From: Vicinamibacteria bacterium
Lineage (GTDB): Bacteria; Acidobacteriota; Vicinamibacteria; Marinacidobacterales; Marinacidobacteraceae
DNA: 64,000 nucleotides
NCBI GenBank assembly: GCA_963555995.3
Contig: OY821641.1
Span: 480,001-544,000, forward strand
Direction of reading: 5' to 3'
Below the pieces are notes generated by a model. The model saw nothing but the letters and a program-made list of their open reading frames with translations. It had not been told where the DNA came from and made no database searches. Numbering within the stretch: the stretch's first letter is position 1; every line of letters begins with the position of its first letter. The translations under genes were made by a program, and so were the position numbers. Shown in pieces: positions 38,211 through 51,359 of the stretch.

Positions 38211-40550
38211 TCAGATCCGGAAGAGGTAGTTCAGCTTGACCGAGAGGCTGCGGTTGCGGACGAAGAACACGTCGGACCACTCGTCAACTTCCGTGTAGAC
38301 CAGGAAGAAGTCGGTGCCCGGTTTCGGGATCCAGTTGAAGCGGACGTTCGAGGCCAGGTCGCCGGTGGTGTTGTTGTACTGGAAGAGGCCGAGGAGGATC
38401 AGGTCGTTACGGAAGGCGAGCTGCATCCGGGTGGAGACCAGGTGGGTGTCCAGGTCCCCCCGCGGCAGCCGGATCCGGTTGTAGGCGTAGTTGCCGCGGA
38501 GGCCGAAGTTCTTGTTGATCCGGTAGTTGCCCATGAGTTGCCACAGGTCCCGCGTCCCGCCCCAGAAGCCGCCGAATTCGTAGCTGGCGCGGACCGAGGC
38601 GTAGCGGCGTCGGTAGGTGTTCAGCGACACCTGCATCCGCCGGAAGGGGTACTCCCCCGCCGGGATCACCACCCCGCTGATCGCGTAGTCGTAGGTGGTG
38701 AACTCGTACTGGTCGGCGAGTTCGACGGAGACCTCGTCGCCGCTCTCGAAGGTCGCGCGGCCGGTCAGGGTGGCCCGGCGCGTCTCCAGGACGTTCTCGA
38801 GGTTCAGGGTGTTGTTCAGGTTCGCCTGCAGGTGGAACTGCCGGAGCCCGGGGATCGCCGGACGGGGCGAGACCCGCGCCTGGAGGTACGTCTTGCGCAT
38901 CCCCTTCCGCTGCACGAAGCCGATTCCGGGGTCGAAGTTCTCTCCGATCTCGATGAACTTGACGGTGCCGCCGAGCAGGTCGTCGTTGTAGTCCAGCCGC
39001 CCGGTGGCGAGCCCCGTGCTGCCCTGCCCGGTCTCCTCGAACACCCGCGCCCAGATGCCCTCGAAGCGCCACGCATCGCGAAAGTGGAGGCTCGTATCCA
39101 CCCCGGCCACCCGGTTGAAGGCGCCGTCGCTGCTCCGGTCGGTGAAGACCGCGCCGATGGTGGAGCGGGAGAAGATGTCCCGCCGCACCCTGGCGACGGT
39201 GAAACGCTCGGCGACGGAGTCCTCGGTGGCGCCGGTCGCCATGCCCATCAGGCCCACGGTGTAGGCGCCCTGGCGTCCGGAGAGCCGGGCGCCGCCCGTG
39301 ATCGGGACCGCGTGGCCGTCATCGGAGAGCCCGATCCGGCGGGTGAAGACGATGTCCGCGTCGCGCCGTTCGGCGAAGGTGAAGTTCCGCTGGCCTTCCA
39401 GGAAGATCTGCCGTTTCTCGGGAAAGCGAAGCGAGAACCGGGTGAAGTTGATCTGGAGGTCGTCCACTTCCTCCTGGGCGAAGTCGGTGTTCCAAGTGAA
39501 GTCCGCGGTGAGGCCGGGGGTCACGCCCCACTTGAGATCGAGCCCGCCGTCGCCGCGCCCCCGCTCGCCGGTCCACTCCCCGCCTCCGTTCACTTGGCCG
39601 AGCGCGTAGGGCCGGACCTCGATGTGGCGGCCCGGCTGGATCCCTTCGAGTCCCCGGAGCTTGCCGAGTTCGGCGGGCCGGTACCAGGTGGAGTCGTTGG
39701 GGACGAAGGGCCAGTAGACCTCCTCGGTCTTCACGGGGATGTTCCGCTTGAAACCGACTCCGAACACCACCTCCTGGCCCGGCAGGTGCCGCCGGAAGCG
39801 AAGCGACTTGAACGGGATCCTCACCTCCGCCGTCCAGCCGCCGGGGAGCATCTGCCCGCGCGACTCCCAGACCGCGTCCCAGTTCATGTTGCGGGTCTCC
39901 GGCCCCTGGCCGTTCTGGCTCATGTCGAACAGGATGCCGTTCGCGTTGGTCGCCAGGAAGATGGCGCTGCGCTGGTCGTTGTAGGCGTCCAGCATGATGG
40001 CCACCGCGTCGTCGCTGCCGATGTTCTCGTCGCGGAACATGGTGCGCGGTCGGCTGTCGTCGGCGGAGCGGTGCGCGTGCGTCGTCTCGTGCCCTTCGTC
40101 CAGGTTCTCGCCGAGCGTGCAGTAGAACCCGAAGTAGAGGTTCTCGTTGTCGTAGGCGACCCGCACGATGGTCCGTTCCGTGGAGGGCAGCCCCTCGTCG
40201 GTCTCCTGCTCGTAGAAGTCGCCGATCGGACGGGCGCGTTCCCAGACCGCCTCGTCCAGCCAGCCGTCCATCTGGATGGGTTCCCGGACCCGCTCGGCGT
40301 GGATCTCCCACGTTCGGGCCCTGAGCGCCCGCACCCGCTCTTCGCGGGTCATGCGGCGGAGTTCGGCGGCGCTCGGCGAGGTTGCCGGAGGCGCCGGCAG
40401 GCGGGCGGCCGCCGACGAACGGCCCGCGGCCGCTCCGCCCTGCAACGGGTCGGCCGGCGGGCGGTCGCGGCCGTCCTGGCCGGCGGCGGCCGCGGCCAGT
40501 CCGAGCGCCACGATGGCCGGCGCGCCAACACGCCGCGCGCGCATCGTCAC
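38211..40550 (-). CDS. DUF5916 / CBM9-like domain outer-membrane protein
   Basis: DGWLDEAVW, GWTAEVRIPFKSLRF, NTDFAQEEVDDLQINFTRFSLRFPEKRQIFLEG and FTRRIGL motifs; beta-barrel-type C-terminus. Confidence 0.85.
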   Translation of the reverse strand: MTMRARRVGAPAIVALGLAAAAAGQDGRDRPPADPLQGGAAAGRSSAAARLPAPPATSPSAAELRRMTREERVRALRARTWEIHAERVREPIQMDGWLDEAVWERARPIGDFYEQETDEGLPSTERTIVRVAYDNENLYFGFYCTLGENLDEGHETTHAHRSADDSRPRTMFRDENIGSDDAVAIMLDAYNDQRSAIFLATNANGILFDMSQNGQGPETRNMNWDAVWESRGQMLPGGWTAEVRIPFKSLRFRRHLPGQEVVFGVGFKRNIPVKTEEVYWPFVPNDSTWYRPAELGKLRGLEGIQPGRHIEVRPYALGQVNGGGEWTGERGRGDGGLDLKWGVTPGLTADFTWNTDFAQEEVDDLQINFTRFSLRFPEKRQIFLEGQRNFTFAERRDADIVFTRRIGLSDDGHAVPITGGARLSGRQGAYTVGLMGMATGATEDSVAERFTVARVRRDIFSRSTIGAVFTDRSSDGAFNRVAGVDTSLHFRDAWRFEGIWARVFEETGQGSTGLATGRLDYNDDLLGGTVKFIEIGENFDPGIGFVQRKGMRKTYLQARVSPRPAIPGLRQFHLQANLNNTLNLENVLETRRATLTGRATFESGDEVSVELADQYEFTTYDYAISGVVIPAGEYPFRRMQVSLNTYRRRYASVRASYEFGGFWGGTRDLWQLMGNYRINKNFGLRGNYAYNRIRLPRGDLDTHLVSTRMQLAFRNDLILLGLFQYNNTTGDLASNVRFNWIPKPGTDFFLVYTEVDEWSDVFFVRNRSLSVKLNYLFRI

Positions 40551-40566
40551 CAGTCCTTGCCGAACG

Positions 40567-41562
40567 CTAGTCGTCGGGACCGGCGCTCACGCCCGGAGTG
40601 CTGCTCGCGAACCGGGTGGCGATCTCGGCGAGCCAGGGCTCGATGGCGCGGTAGAGGCTGTTGCGGCAGTGGAAGCGGTACAGGTAGGTCTTGCCGTCCA
40701 CCAGGTTGTAGATCACCCACTCCAGGTAGTCGGCGAGCTGGGTCTCCACCGAGTAGAGCACCGCGATCCCGCGGCCGTCCTCGAGGATGTCGTGGCGGAG
40801 CATCCGGTAGTTCTCGCCGAGACTCTCGGCGGCGGCGCTGTAGAAGCCCTCGAGCGTCGTCCCCGGTTCCGCGTTGGCCACGGTGACCTCGAGGGTCGCG
40901 TGCACGGTGGCGCCGTCGGTATCCACCGCGAGCGGCCCGCTGCGGAAGCCGACGAAGAGCGTTTCGCCGGGTTCGCGAAGGAAATGCGACCGCGTCCAGC
41001 TCTGTGGATACCGCAGGGCGAGATCGAACTCCGGGTCCTCGTACACGTCGAAATAGTCGGCGGACTCGATGGAGAACCCCTCGTACATGCGGTCCAGCGT
41101 CGGCCCGTAGGCCTGGACGCTCCGCGCCTCGCCGGTGGCGAAGACCCCGTAGAGGAGCCCCTCCCGCTCGATGAGGAGCAGGCGGCCGGATTGCGGCCGG
41201 CGTTCCCACTCGAAGGTCCAGAGGAAGCCTTCTTCCGAACCGATCCGGACCGGCTCCTCCGAGAGCACGATCTGTTCGCCGATATAGAAGCGGTCCGCGA
41301 CCTCCCGGAGCGTCTGGTCCGCCGGAGCCGGTCCGGCCATGACCTGCACCTGGATGCCGTCGCGCTCGGGGACGTCCACCGAGGGGCCGCTGAAGGTGGT
41401 CATCCGGTAGCCCCCCTGCTGGTTGGCGGCCGAGGTCCATCCCTGCGGCAGCGGCAGGGACACGGCGATGTCCGGCACGTACACCGTGATGAGCCGCGGC
41501 TGGCCGGTCGGCAGGCAGGAGAGTGAAAGGACTCCGAGCGCCGGGATCAGGAGACGTCTCAA
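40567..41562 (-). CDS. Hypothetical lipoprotein with two PsbP-like domains
   Basis: Lipobox (LSLSC); duplicated LPLPQGW / LRYPQSW modules. Confidence 0.6.
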   Translation of the reverse strand: MRRLLIPALGVLSLSCLPTGQPRLITVYVPDIAVSLPLPQGWTSAANQQGGYRMTTFSGPSVDVPERDGIQVQVMAGPAPADQTLREVADRFYIGEQIVLSEEPVRIGSEEGFLWTFEWERRPQSGRLLLIEREGLLYGVFATGEARSVQAYGPTLDRMYEGFSIESADYFDVYEDPEFDLALRYPQSWTRSHFLREPGETLFVGFRSGPLAVDTDGATVHATLEVTVANAEPGTTLEGFYSAAAESLGENYRMLRHDILEDGRGIAVLYSVETQLADYLEWVIYNLVDGKTYLYRFHCRNSLYRAIEPWLAEIATRFASSTPGVSAGPDD

Positions 41563-41586
41563 GCCACCACTCCGATTCTCGCGTCG

Positions 41587-43046
41587 CTACTCCAGGCGGT
41601 AGTTCGGGGCTTCCTTGGTCACCACGATGTCGTGCGCGTGGCTCTCCCGGTGCCCGGCGCCGGTCACCTGGACGAAGTCCTCATACTGCATCAGTTCCCG
41701 GATGTTGCGGCAGCCGGTGTAACCCATGCCGGACCGCAGACCCCCGATGAGCTGCTCCACCACCCCGGCGAGCGGTCCCTTGGTCGGCACCCGGCCCTCG
41801 ATGCCCTCCGGCACCAGCTTCGACGCCGGCCGGCCGGCCTGGTAGTAGCGGTCGGCCGACTCGCCGCTCATGGCGCCGAGCGATCCCATCCCGCGATAGC
41901 TCTTGAAGGTGCGCCCCTGGTAGAGGATCGTCTCGCCGGGGCTCTCGTCGCTGCCGGCCAGCAGGTTGCCGGCCATGACGCACTCCGCCCCGGCGGCGAT
42001 CGCCTTCACGATGTCCCCGCTGAAACGGATCCCGCCGTCGGCGATGACCGGCACCTCGGCGGCGGTGCGTACCTGCCGGATGGCCGAGAACTGGGGCATC
42101 CCGGTCCCCGCCACCACCCGCGTGGTGCAGATCGAGCCGGGACCCATGCCGACCTTGACCCCGTCGGCGCCCGCTTCCGCGAGGTCGCGCGCCGCTTCGG
42201 GGGTGGCGATGTTCCCGGCCACCACGTCCACCGAATCGGGAAGCGCGGCCTTGAGCCGCCGCACGGTCTCAAGCCCGCTCTCGGTGTGGCCGTGGGCGGT
42301 GTCCATCACGATCGCGTCCACCTGGCGCTCGGCCAGCAGCTCGGCGCGGGCGATCGCGGCGTCCCCGACCCCCACCGCGGCGGCGCAGCGGAGCCTGCCC
42401 AGTTCGTCCTTGGTGGCGTGCGGATACGCCATCGCCTTCTGGATGTCCTTGACGGTCAGGAGTCCGGCCAGCGCTCCCTCGTCGTCCAGCACCGGGAGCT
42501 TCTCCACCCGGTGCTCGTGGAGAATGGCCTTGGCCTCCTCGAGCGTGGTGCCGAGCGGCGCGGTGTGGAGCGGCGCCCGGGTCATGAGTTCGTGGACCCG
42601 GAGGTCGTAGCGGGACTCGAAACGCAGATCGCGGCTGGTCAGGATGCCCACCAGCCGGCCGTCCTCGATCACCGGGAGCCCGGAGATCTGGTGCCGCTCC
42701 ATCAACTCGAGGGCGGCGGAGATGGGCGCGTCGGGAGGGACGGTCACCGGGTCCACGACCATCCCGCTCTCCGAGCGCTTCACCTTGGCCACCTCGGCGG
42801 CCTGCGCCTCGGCCGAGAGGTTGCGGTGGATGACCCCGATGCCGCCGAGCTGGGCGATGGCGATCGCGAGACGGGCTTCGGTCACCGTGTCCATCGCGGC
42901 GCTCACCAGCGGGATCGCGAGGCCGATGTGGCGACTGAACCGGGTGCCGAGGTCGGCTTCGGCGGGGAGCACGTCCGAATAGCGCGGGCGCAGCAGGACG
43001 TCGTCGAAGGTCAGCGCCGGGCGCGGCAGGTTCGGCAACTCGGTCA

Positions 43047-43047
<1 letters not shown>
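41587..43047 (-). CDS. guaB: IMP dehydrogenase
   Basis: [20 protein letters not shown] pair, GPGSICTTR catalytic Cys, YRGMGS and EAPNY; ATG at 43047 overlaps the secA stop. Confidence 0.98.
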
Positions 43048-45833
<2,786 letters not shown>

Positions 45834-45879
45834 GCGTCGGAGCCGGGTAAACCGGATGAATTTAGCAGCAGCGGGGAGC

Positions 45880-46169
45880 GAGGAGCGCCGGTCTTCAGAC
45901 CGGCATCGCGGTCGGAGCCCGCGAAACGCCCCCCGCTAGCGACCCACACGGCGTGAGCCTCGGAGCGCCGGCCTCCGGCCGGCATCGCGCGGGAGCGCGA
46001 AACCCGCGGTGAGGGCGCTGCCAGCATCCATTGGGGATCCCGCTCGGCTGTCGTGGGGGGCGCGCGCCGTCCCGCTGGCACCAAGCGACCTCGGCCGTGA
46101 GGATTGGTGGGGTTACGCCGTGCGCGGCGCGGAGCGCCGCGGGTGCAGGTGTGGAGACCGGCGTTCCAG
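45880..46169. repeat. Cluster of REP-like palindromes (variant B) in the M23-secA intergenic region
   Basis: ggagcgccggtcttcagaccggcatcg; ggagcgccggcctccggccggcatcg; gtgcaggtgtggagaccggcgttccag. Confidence 0.75.
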
Positions 46170-46173
46170 CGCG

Positions 46174-47112
46174 CTACGGGGTGTAGTCGACGATGTAGTT
46201 CAGGGGGTCCTGGGCGCGTTCGTTGATCCAGACCTCGTAGTGGAGGTGGGGCGCGCGGCTGCGTCCGGTGTTCCCCACGAGGCCGAGGACCTGGCCGCGG
46301 CGGAGCCGCTGGCTTCGTCGAACGTCAATCCGGGACAGGTGCGCGTACCGGGTCACGGCGCCGAAGCCGTGAGACACCACCACGTACTTGCCGTAGGTCG
46401 GCGAAGTGGCCGTCTCGACGACGAGTCCGTCCGCGGTCACGCGAACCGGGGTTCCGGTCCGCGCGTTGAGGTCGAGGCCGTAGTGCCGCTCGATCTCTCC
46501 GGTGAACGGGTCGCTGCGCATCCCGAACCCGGACGACAGGTACCCGCGAATCGGCCAGATGGAAGGGGTCGAAGCGAGCAGTCGGCTCTTCTCCCGCATC
46601 GTCCGTTCGAGCGCCACGCTCTGCTGGTTCAGGGTGGCGATCCGGCCGGACAAATCTTCCAGGCGGTCGCTCACGTAGTCGTATCCGGCGGGTGAACTCA
46701 CCGCGCCGCCGATGCCGCCGATCGGCGTCGGAATCGGCTCGGCGCCGGCGATCACCGCCAGCTTGCGCATCTGTATCTCGAGGGACTCGATCCTGCCGGC
46801 CATGCGCTCCGTGTCCTCGGCGTAGCCCCGATTCAACTGCCGGAGCGCGTCGCGCTCCTCGACCAGCGCCACCGAAGCCGGCCCGGGCGTCACGAGCAGC
46901 CAGCCGTAGTGCCCGGCCAGCCCGAGTGCGGCCAGCGCCGCGAAGCCGGCGATCCGCCGGAATCCCGGCGTGATCCGGACCTCGCGCGGCGTGTGGCTCC
47001 GCGCCCCGAAGACGATGATCCTGGTGGGGACCCGGTTCGAATCCGCGTCCGATGCGCGGGATGCAGCCGGGCCGCGAAACCGTCGGAGCGAGCGCAGAGT
47101 CCGTCCAAACAT
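46174..47112 (-). CDS. M23 family metallopeptidase (peptidoglycan DD-endopeptidase)
   Basis: TM helix and coiled coil; PSIWP, HYGLD, YAHL and HLHYEV motifs. Confidence 0.93.
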   Translation of the reverse strand: MFGRTLRSLRRFRGPAASRASDADSNRVPTRIIVFGARSHTPREVRITPGFRRIAGFAALAALGLAGHYGWLLVTPGPASVALVEERDALRQLNRGYAEDTERMAGRIESLEIQMRKLAVIAGAEPIPTPIGGIGGAVSSPAGYDYVSDRLEDLSGRIATLNQQSVALERTMREKSRLLASTPSIWPIRGYLSSGFGMRSDPFTGEIERHYGLDLNARTGTPVRVTADGLVVETATSPTYGKYVVVSHGFGAVTRYAHLSRIDVRRSQRLRRGQVLGLVGNTGRSRAPHLHYEVWINERAQDPLNYIVDYTP

Positions 47113-47151
47113 GGAATAACTAGCGGATTCTGACCCACTTGACGCGGTATT

Positions 47152-47589
47152 TCAACTTCGCTCCAGGGGAGGAGGGGGTGCGCCACCCGCGCCCTCGCCG
47201 GGCAGCAGGCGGAGTCGCGGCAGGTCGTCTTCGGCCCACTCGACCGCCCCGCCGGACTCCAGAAGGGCGAGCTTCCCGAGGCAGCGCGCGACCGGGTCCC
47301 GCAGGGGCGGGACTTCGAAGAACACCGCATCGGCCGGCAGGGCATCGAGCGCCGCCAGCCCGCTCGACAGCAGGCTCGCGGCCCCCCGGTATCCGGAGGT
47401 CTGGAGGTGGTACATCCCGGCCGCCAGTTTCACCAGCGCCTTCAGCGTCTCCCGCCGCACGCCGCGGGCGCCGGCCCATTCCTCTTCGAGAACGTCGTGG
47501 CTCTCGTAGTAGGCCCGCTCGTTGAACAGCCTGGCCGCTTCGAGCACGGCGGAGTCACCTCCGGGGGCGAGCCCGGCGTTTTCGCTCAC
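47152..47589 (-). CDS. DUF309 domain protein
   Basis: LFNERAYYESHDVLEEEW...KALVKLAAGMYH; GTG start overlaps the comM stop. Confidence 0.85.
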   Translation of the reverse strand: MSENAGLAPGGDSAVLEAARLFNERAYYESHDVLEEEWAGARGVRRETLKALVKLAAGMYHLQTSGYRGAASLLSSGLAALDALPADAVFFEVPPLRDPVARCLGKLALLESGGAVEWAEDDLPRLRLLPGEGAGGAPPPPLERS

Positions 47590-49157
47590 CGGCCGCCCCC
47601 GGTCGTTCGGGCGTCGGAAGCCCGGCCGAAGCGCCCGCTGGGCGCCGGTTCGCCGAGGTCGCTGGCGGCCCGGAACTGGATCGCCTCCTCGAAGTGCAGG
47701 GGCTCGATCCGGCCGCTCCCCGCGAGATCGGCGATCGTGCGCGCCACCCGGAACGCGCGGGTCACGCCGCGCGCCGACATGCCGAGCCCGTCCATCGCCC
47801 AGGCCACCAGCGAGCGGAAGGGGCCCGAGGCCGACGCCGCCTTCACTTCGGCGATGGTCATGCGGTGACGCGTCTTCGCGGTGCGGAACCGCTCCGCCCC
47901 CGCCTCGCGCGCCCGGCGCACCCGCTCCCGGACGACGGCGGTGGTCTCTCCGGAAGCCGGTCCCAGGACATCGCCGGAGGTTACCGGCCGCACCGTGAGG
48001 TGGATGTCCACCCGGTCGAGCAGGGGGCCGGAGATCCGCGAGCGGTAGCGCGCCACGAACGCGGGGGGACAGCGGCAGGGCCTCCCGCCCTCGCCGTGAA
48101 AGCCGCAGGGACAGGGGTTCATGGCCGCGGCCAGTTGGAACGACGCGGGGAAACGGACGGAGTGCCGGACCCGGCCCACGTGGATGTCGCCGCTCTCGAG
48201 CGGCTGGCGGAGGCACTCCAGGACCGGCCGCTGGAACTCGGCGAGCTCGTCGAGGAACAGCACCCCGTGGTGCGCGAGGGTCACTTCTCCCGGCCGGGGT
48301 CCCGACCCCCCGCCCGCCATCCCGGCATACGAGATGGTGTGGTGCGGGGCCCGGAACGGAGGCCGGGTCGGGGGCGCGGCGAGCGGCTGGCCGATCGCCG
48401 AGCGGATGCGGGCCACGTCCATCGCCTGCTCCGGCGAGAGCCGAGGCAGCAGGTCCGGCAGGATGCCGACCAGCAGCGTCTTCCCGCTCCCCGGGGGGCC
48501 CGTGAAGAGGAGGTTGTGGGCCCCGGCCGCGGCGATCTCGAGCGCCCGCCGGGCGCGCGGCTGTCCCCGGACCTGGGCCAGGTCCACTCCGGTGCGGGAA
48601 ACGGGCCGCGCTTCGGCCGCGGGCCGGAAAGGCGGGGGCAGCTCGGGGAGGGCGAGCAGGTCCGCCGCGGCGTGCAGGCTGGCGGCCGGGTACACCCGAA
48701 TCCCGGGGACCATGGCGGCCTCGGCGGCGTTCTCGGGGTGGACGATGGCCGCGTGCATCCCGGCCGCCGCCGCTTCCCAGGCGATCGGCAGTCCGCCCGG
48801 GACGGGCCGCAGCGCGCCGTCGAGGGCCAGCTCGGCGAGCAGCAGGGTGTCCGCCAGCCGGTGGCGGGGCGCCACGCCGGTCGCCGCCAGGATCCCGAGC
48901 GCCACCGCGAGGTCGAATCCCGCCCCTTCCTTGCGGACCCCCGCGGGCGCCAGGTTGATCACCACGTGCCCCGGGGGGACGTGGAAGCCGCTGTTGCGCA
49001 GCGCGGCCTTGACCCGCAACTGGGCTTCGCGGATCACCGCGTCCGGGAGGCCGACGGTGCGGAAGGAGCTCTGGTCGGCGCGCTGCAGGTCCACCTCGAC
49101 CCGGATCAGCAGTCCCTCCACGCCGCGGACCGTCCCCGTGCGGGTGACCGCGAGCAA
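47586..49157 (-). CDS. comM: YifB/ComM family Mg-chelatase-like AAA+ ATPase
   Basis: VGLPD, INLAPA, GPPGSGKT, PFRAPHHT, PGEVTLAHHGVLFLDE and AAMNPCPCG motifs; probable TTG start at 49157. Confidence 0.93.
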   Translation of the reverse strand: MLAVTRTGTVRGVEGLLIRVEVDLQRADQSSFRTVGLPDAVIREAQLRVKAALRNSGFHVPPGHVVINLAPAGVRKEGAGFDLAVALGILAATGVAPRHRLADTLLLAELALDGALRPVPGGLPIAWEAAAAGMHAAIVHPENAAEAAMVPGIRVYPAASLHAAADLLALPELPPPFRPAAEARPVSRTGVDLAQVRGQPRARRALEIAAAGAHNLLFTGPPGSGKTLLVGILPDLLPRLSPEQAMDVARIRSAIGQPLAAPPTRPPFRAPHHTISYAGMAGGGSGPRPGEVTLAHHGVLFLDELAEFQRPVLECLRQPLESGDIHVGRVRHSVRFPASFQLAAAMNPCPCGFHGEGGRPCRCPPAFVARYRSRISGPLLDRVDIHLTVRPVTSGDVLGPASGETTAVVRERVRRAREAGAERFRTAKTRHRMTIAEVKAASASGPFRSLVAWAMDGLGMSARGVTRAFRVARTIADLAGSGRIEPLHFEEAIQFRAASDLGEPAPSGRFGRASDARTTGGGR

Positions 49158-49446
49158 TCGTCCCCGGCGGGGGTTCCGCCCCGCCTCGGCGTTCTCGATC
49201 TGTGGCACGAGAACATAGACGTAAATCGGCCGATTTTTTCCCGCCGGAGCGCGAATTGTGGAAAAGTCGAAGCGAAGCGGCACTTTGGAGGCCCGTTTTC
49301 GGCCTCGGGGAGCCCCACGGGATACGATTCAGGGCCGCCGAGCGCTTCGCCGGGCGGCCCATCCGGGCGGATCCCCCGGCCCGGAGGCCCGACCCGGAGG
49401 GCGGGCTCGAGGCCGGCGCTCCGCCCGCTCCCCACTCCGTCAACTC

Positions 49447-50178
49447 ATGGACCCAGTCACCCTGCTCTACGCCGTCGGAGCCGGCGTGCTGTCCTTCCTG
49501 TCGCCCTGCGTGCTGCCCCTCGTGCCCGGCTACATCTCGTTCGTTTCGGGAACCTCGCTCAGCGAACTCGCGGACGGCGCGTCCACCGGGGACGCGGCGG
49601 TCCGCCGGCGCCGGGTGATCGTGAACACCGTCGCCTTCGTGCTGGGCTTCTCCATCGTCTTCGTGGCCATGGGAGCGTCGGCGACCTACGCCGGCCAGTG
49701 GCTCGCCGGGAACCGGGTCTTCCTCGGGCGCATCGCGGGAACGATCATCGTGCTGTTCGGCCTGCACGTGATGGGCGTGCTGAAGATCCCCTTCCTGAAC
49801 GTGGAGAAGCGCTTCCACGCGAACCGGGAGCCGGTGAGCCTCCTCGGCTCCTTCGTGATCGGCCTCGCCTTCGCCTTCGGCTGGTCCCCCTGCATCGGGC
49901 CGATCCTCGCGACCGTCCTGGTGGTCGCGGCGAACTACGAGACCGTGAACCAGGGCATCATCCTGCTCAGCGGCTATTCGCTGGGGCTCGGGGTGCCCTT
50001 CCTGCTCACCGGGATCGCGGTGGACCGGTTCTTCGCCATATCGAAGAAAATCAAGCGCCACATGCGGGTGGTGGAAGTGGTCGCCGGCGTGCTCCTGGTC
50101 GTCATCGGAGTGCTGGTGTTCACCGACAGCCTGCAGGCGCTCTCGCAATACCTCACCTTCCTTCCGGTACTCGGTTAA
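49447..50178 (+). CDS. ccdA: Cytochrome c biogenesis protein CcdA (DsbD TM domain)
   Basis: GVLSFLSPCVLPLVP and FGWSPCIGPIL redox Cys motifs; the TAA stop lies in the end of the 187-bp element. Confidence 0.93.
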   Translation: MDPVTLLYAVGAGVLSFLSPCVLPLVPGYISFVSGTSLSELADGASTGDAAVRRRRVIVNTVAFVLGFSIVFVAMGASATYAGQWLAGNRVFLGRIAGTIIVLFGLHVMGVLKIPFLNVEKRFHANREPVSLLGSFVIGLAFAFGWSPCIGPILATVLVVAANYETVNQGIILLSGYSLGLGVPFLLTGIAVDRFFAISKKIKRHMRVVEVVAGVLLVVIGVLVFTDSLQALSQYLTFLPVLG

Positions 50179-50361
50179 CAGCCTGTGGCAAAACCCACGC
50201 GGCGTTCGAGCGGCGATGCATCCCGTCTGAACCGCGCCTCTACGAGGCGCTCTGCGTTGCGTTTCGGTCGGAATACACTCGGTATTCCTCCCTCATGCGC
50301 CTTGTCAGCCGGGCGCCTCACCGCTCTCGGCGCTCACGTGGGTTTCACCACAGGCTGTTAG
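50175..50361 (-). repeat. 187-bp structured dispersed element, copy 4 (opposite orientation)
   Basis: ttaacagcctgtggcaaaaccc...gggtttcaccacaggctgttag. Confidence 0.9.
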
Positions 50362-50379
50362 ACCTCGGCGGAGTCCTCC

Positions 50380-50766
50380 ATGCCAACCCTGCTCTTCGTT
50401 TCCCTGATGTTCGTCTCCGGCGCGCCGGCCCAGGAGGTCTGGACGGTTCCGGACGAGGCCCGGGCGGTCGAGAACCCGGTCGCGCTCACCGACGAGGCGC
50501 TGGCTGCCGGCGAGAACGCCTACGGCGCCCGCTGCGCCTCCTGCCACGGCGACGCCGGGAAGGGCGACGGCCCGGCCACCCGGTTCATCAAGCCGGCGCC
50601 CGCGGACTTCGCGACCGTCGAAGCGCGCGACCGGATGACCGACGGCGAGATCTTCTACAAGATCACCGAGGGCAAGAAACCCATGCCGGGCATGGCCCGG
50701 ACGCTCAGCGACGAGGAACGCTGGCAGGTCGTCCACTACGTGCGGACGCTGCAGCCGCCGCGCTGA
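50380..50766 (+). CDS. Monoheme cytochrome c
   Basis: Signal peptide, CASCH heme motif, distal Met (KPMPG), WQVVHYVR. Confidence 0.92.
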   Translation: MPTLLFVSLMFVSGAPAQEVWTVPDEARAVENPVALTDEALAAGENAYGARCASCHGDAGKGDGPATRFIKPAPADFATVEARDRMTDGEIFYKITEGKKPMPGMARTLSDEERWQVVHYVRTLQPPR

Positions 50767-50786
50767 CCAGACGGAGGATCAGAACC

Positions 50787-51359
50787 ATGACCGCTCCCCA
50801 GAACCCGCCCGCAGGCCGGGTCGCCTTCGCTCTCGCAATCCTGCTCGCCGGTCTGCTCGCGTTTTCGGCGTGCGGCCCGCCCCCACCGGGCGCCGGCGGC
50901 GGCGCCGGAGGGATGGCGGCCACCGCCCCCGACGTCACGCTGCCGCTCGTGGACGGGAGCGGTGACGTGAGCCTCCGGGGCGACGGCGCCGGCAAGGTCG
51001 TCCTGGTGGATCTGTGGGCGACCTGGTGCGTCCCCTGCGTCGCCGAGCTTCCCCATCTGCAGGAACTGTCGGAGGAGCTGTCCGACGACGACTTCCTGAT
51101 GCTCGGGATCCTGCTCGAGTCGGGCGATGCGGACGACGTGGCCCCGTTCATCGCGGAAAGGGGCCTCACCTACCCCAACGTGATGGGGTCCGGCGAGGTG
51201 CGCGATTCGTTCGGCCCGTTCCTCGGCTATCCGACCAAGTACCTCATTGACCGCGACGGCAACCTCGTGAAGCGCTACCTCGGCGCGGTCGGCGAGATCC
51301 TCAACGAGGAAATCGGCAAGCTCATCGAAACCGGCTCGCGACCGCCGAGGCGACCGTGA
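50787..51359 (+). CDS. TlpA/ResA-like thiol:disulfide oxidoreductase lipoprotein
   Basis: GGAGG RBS; lipobox FSAC; LWATWCVPC and YPTKYLIDRDG motifs. Confidence 0.92.
   Translation: MTAPQNPPAGRVAFALAILLAGLLAFSACGPPPPGAGGGAGGMAATAPDVTLPLVDGSGDVSLRGDGAGKVVLVDLWATWCVPCVAELPHLQELSEELSDDDFLMLGILLESGDADDVAPFIAERGLTYPNVMGSGEVRDSFGPFLGYPTKYLIDRDGNLVKRYLGAVGEILNEEIGKLIETGSRPPRRP

Noticed and set aside
47030-47050. tRNA T-loop-like ggttcgaatcc
   Set aside because: Lies inside the M23 peptidase CDS; no cloverleaf or acceptor stem around it.
47694-51359. 1221-aa ORF as a single fusion protein; similarly 47152-50148, 54871-56904 and 41587-43704
   Set aside because: Only the C-terminal parts are real genes (TlpA, DUF309, PhhA, GuaB), each with its own start codon; the upstream parts overlap other genes.
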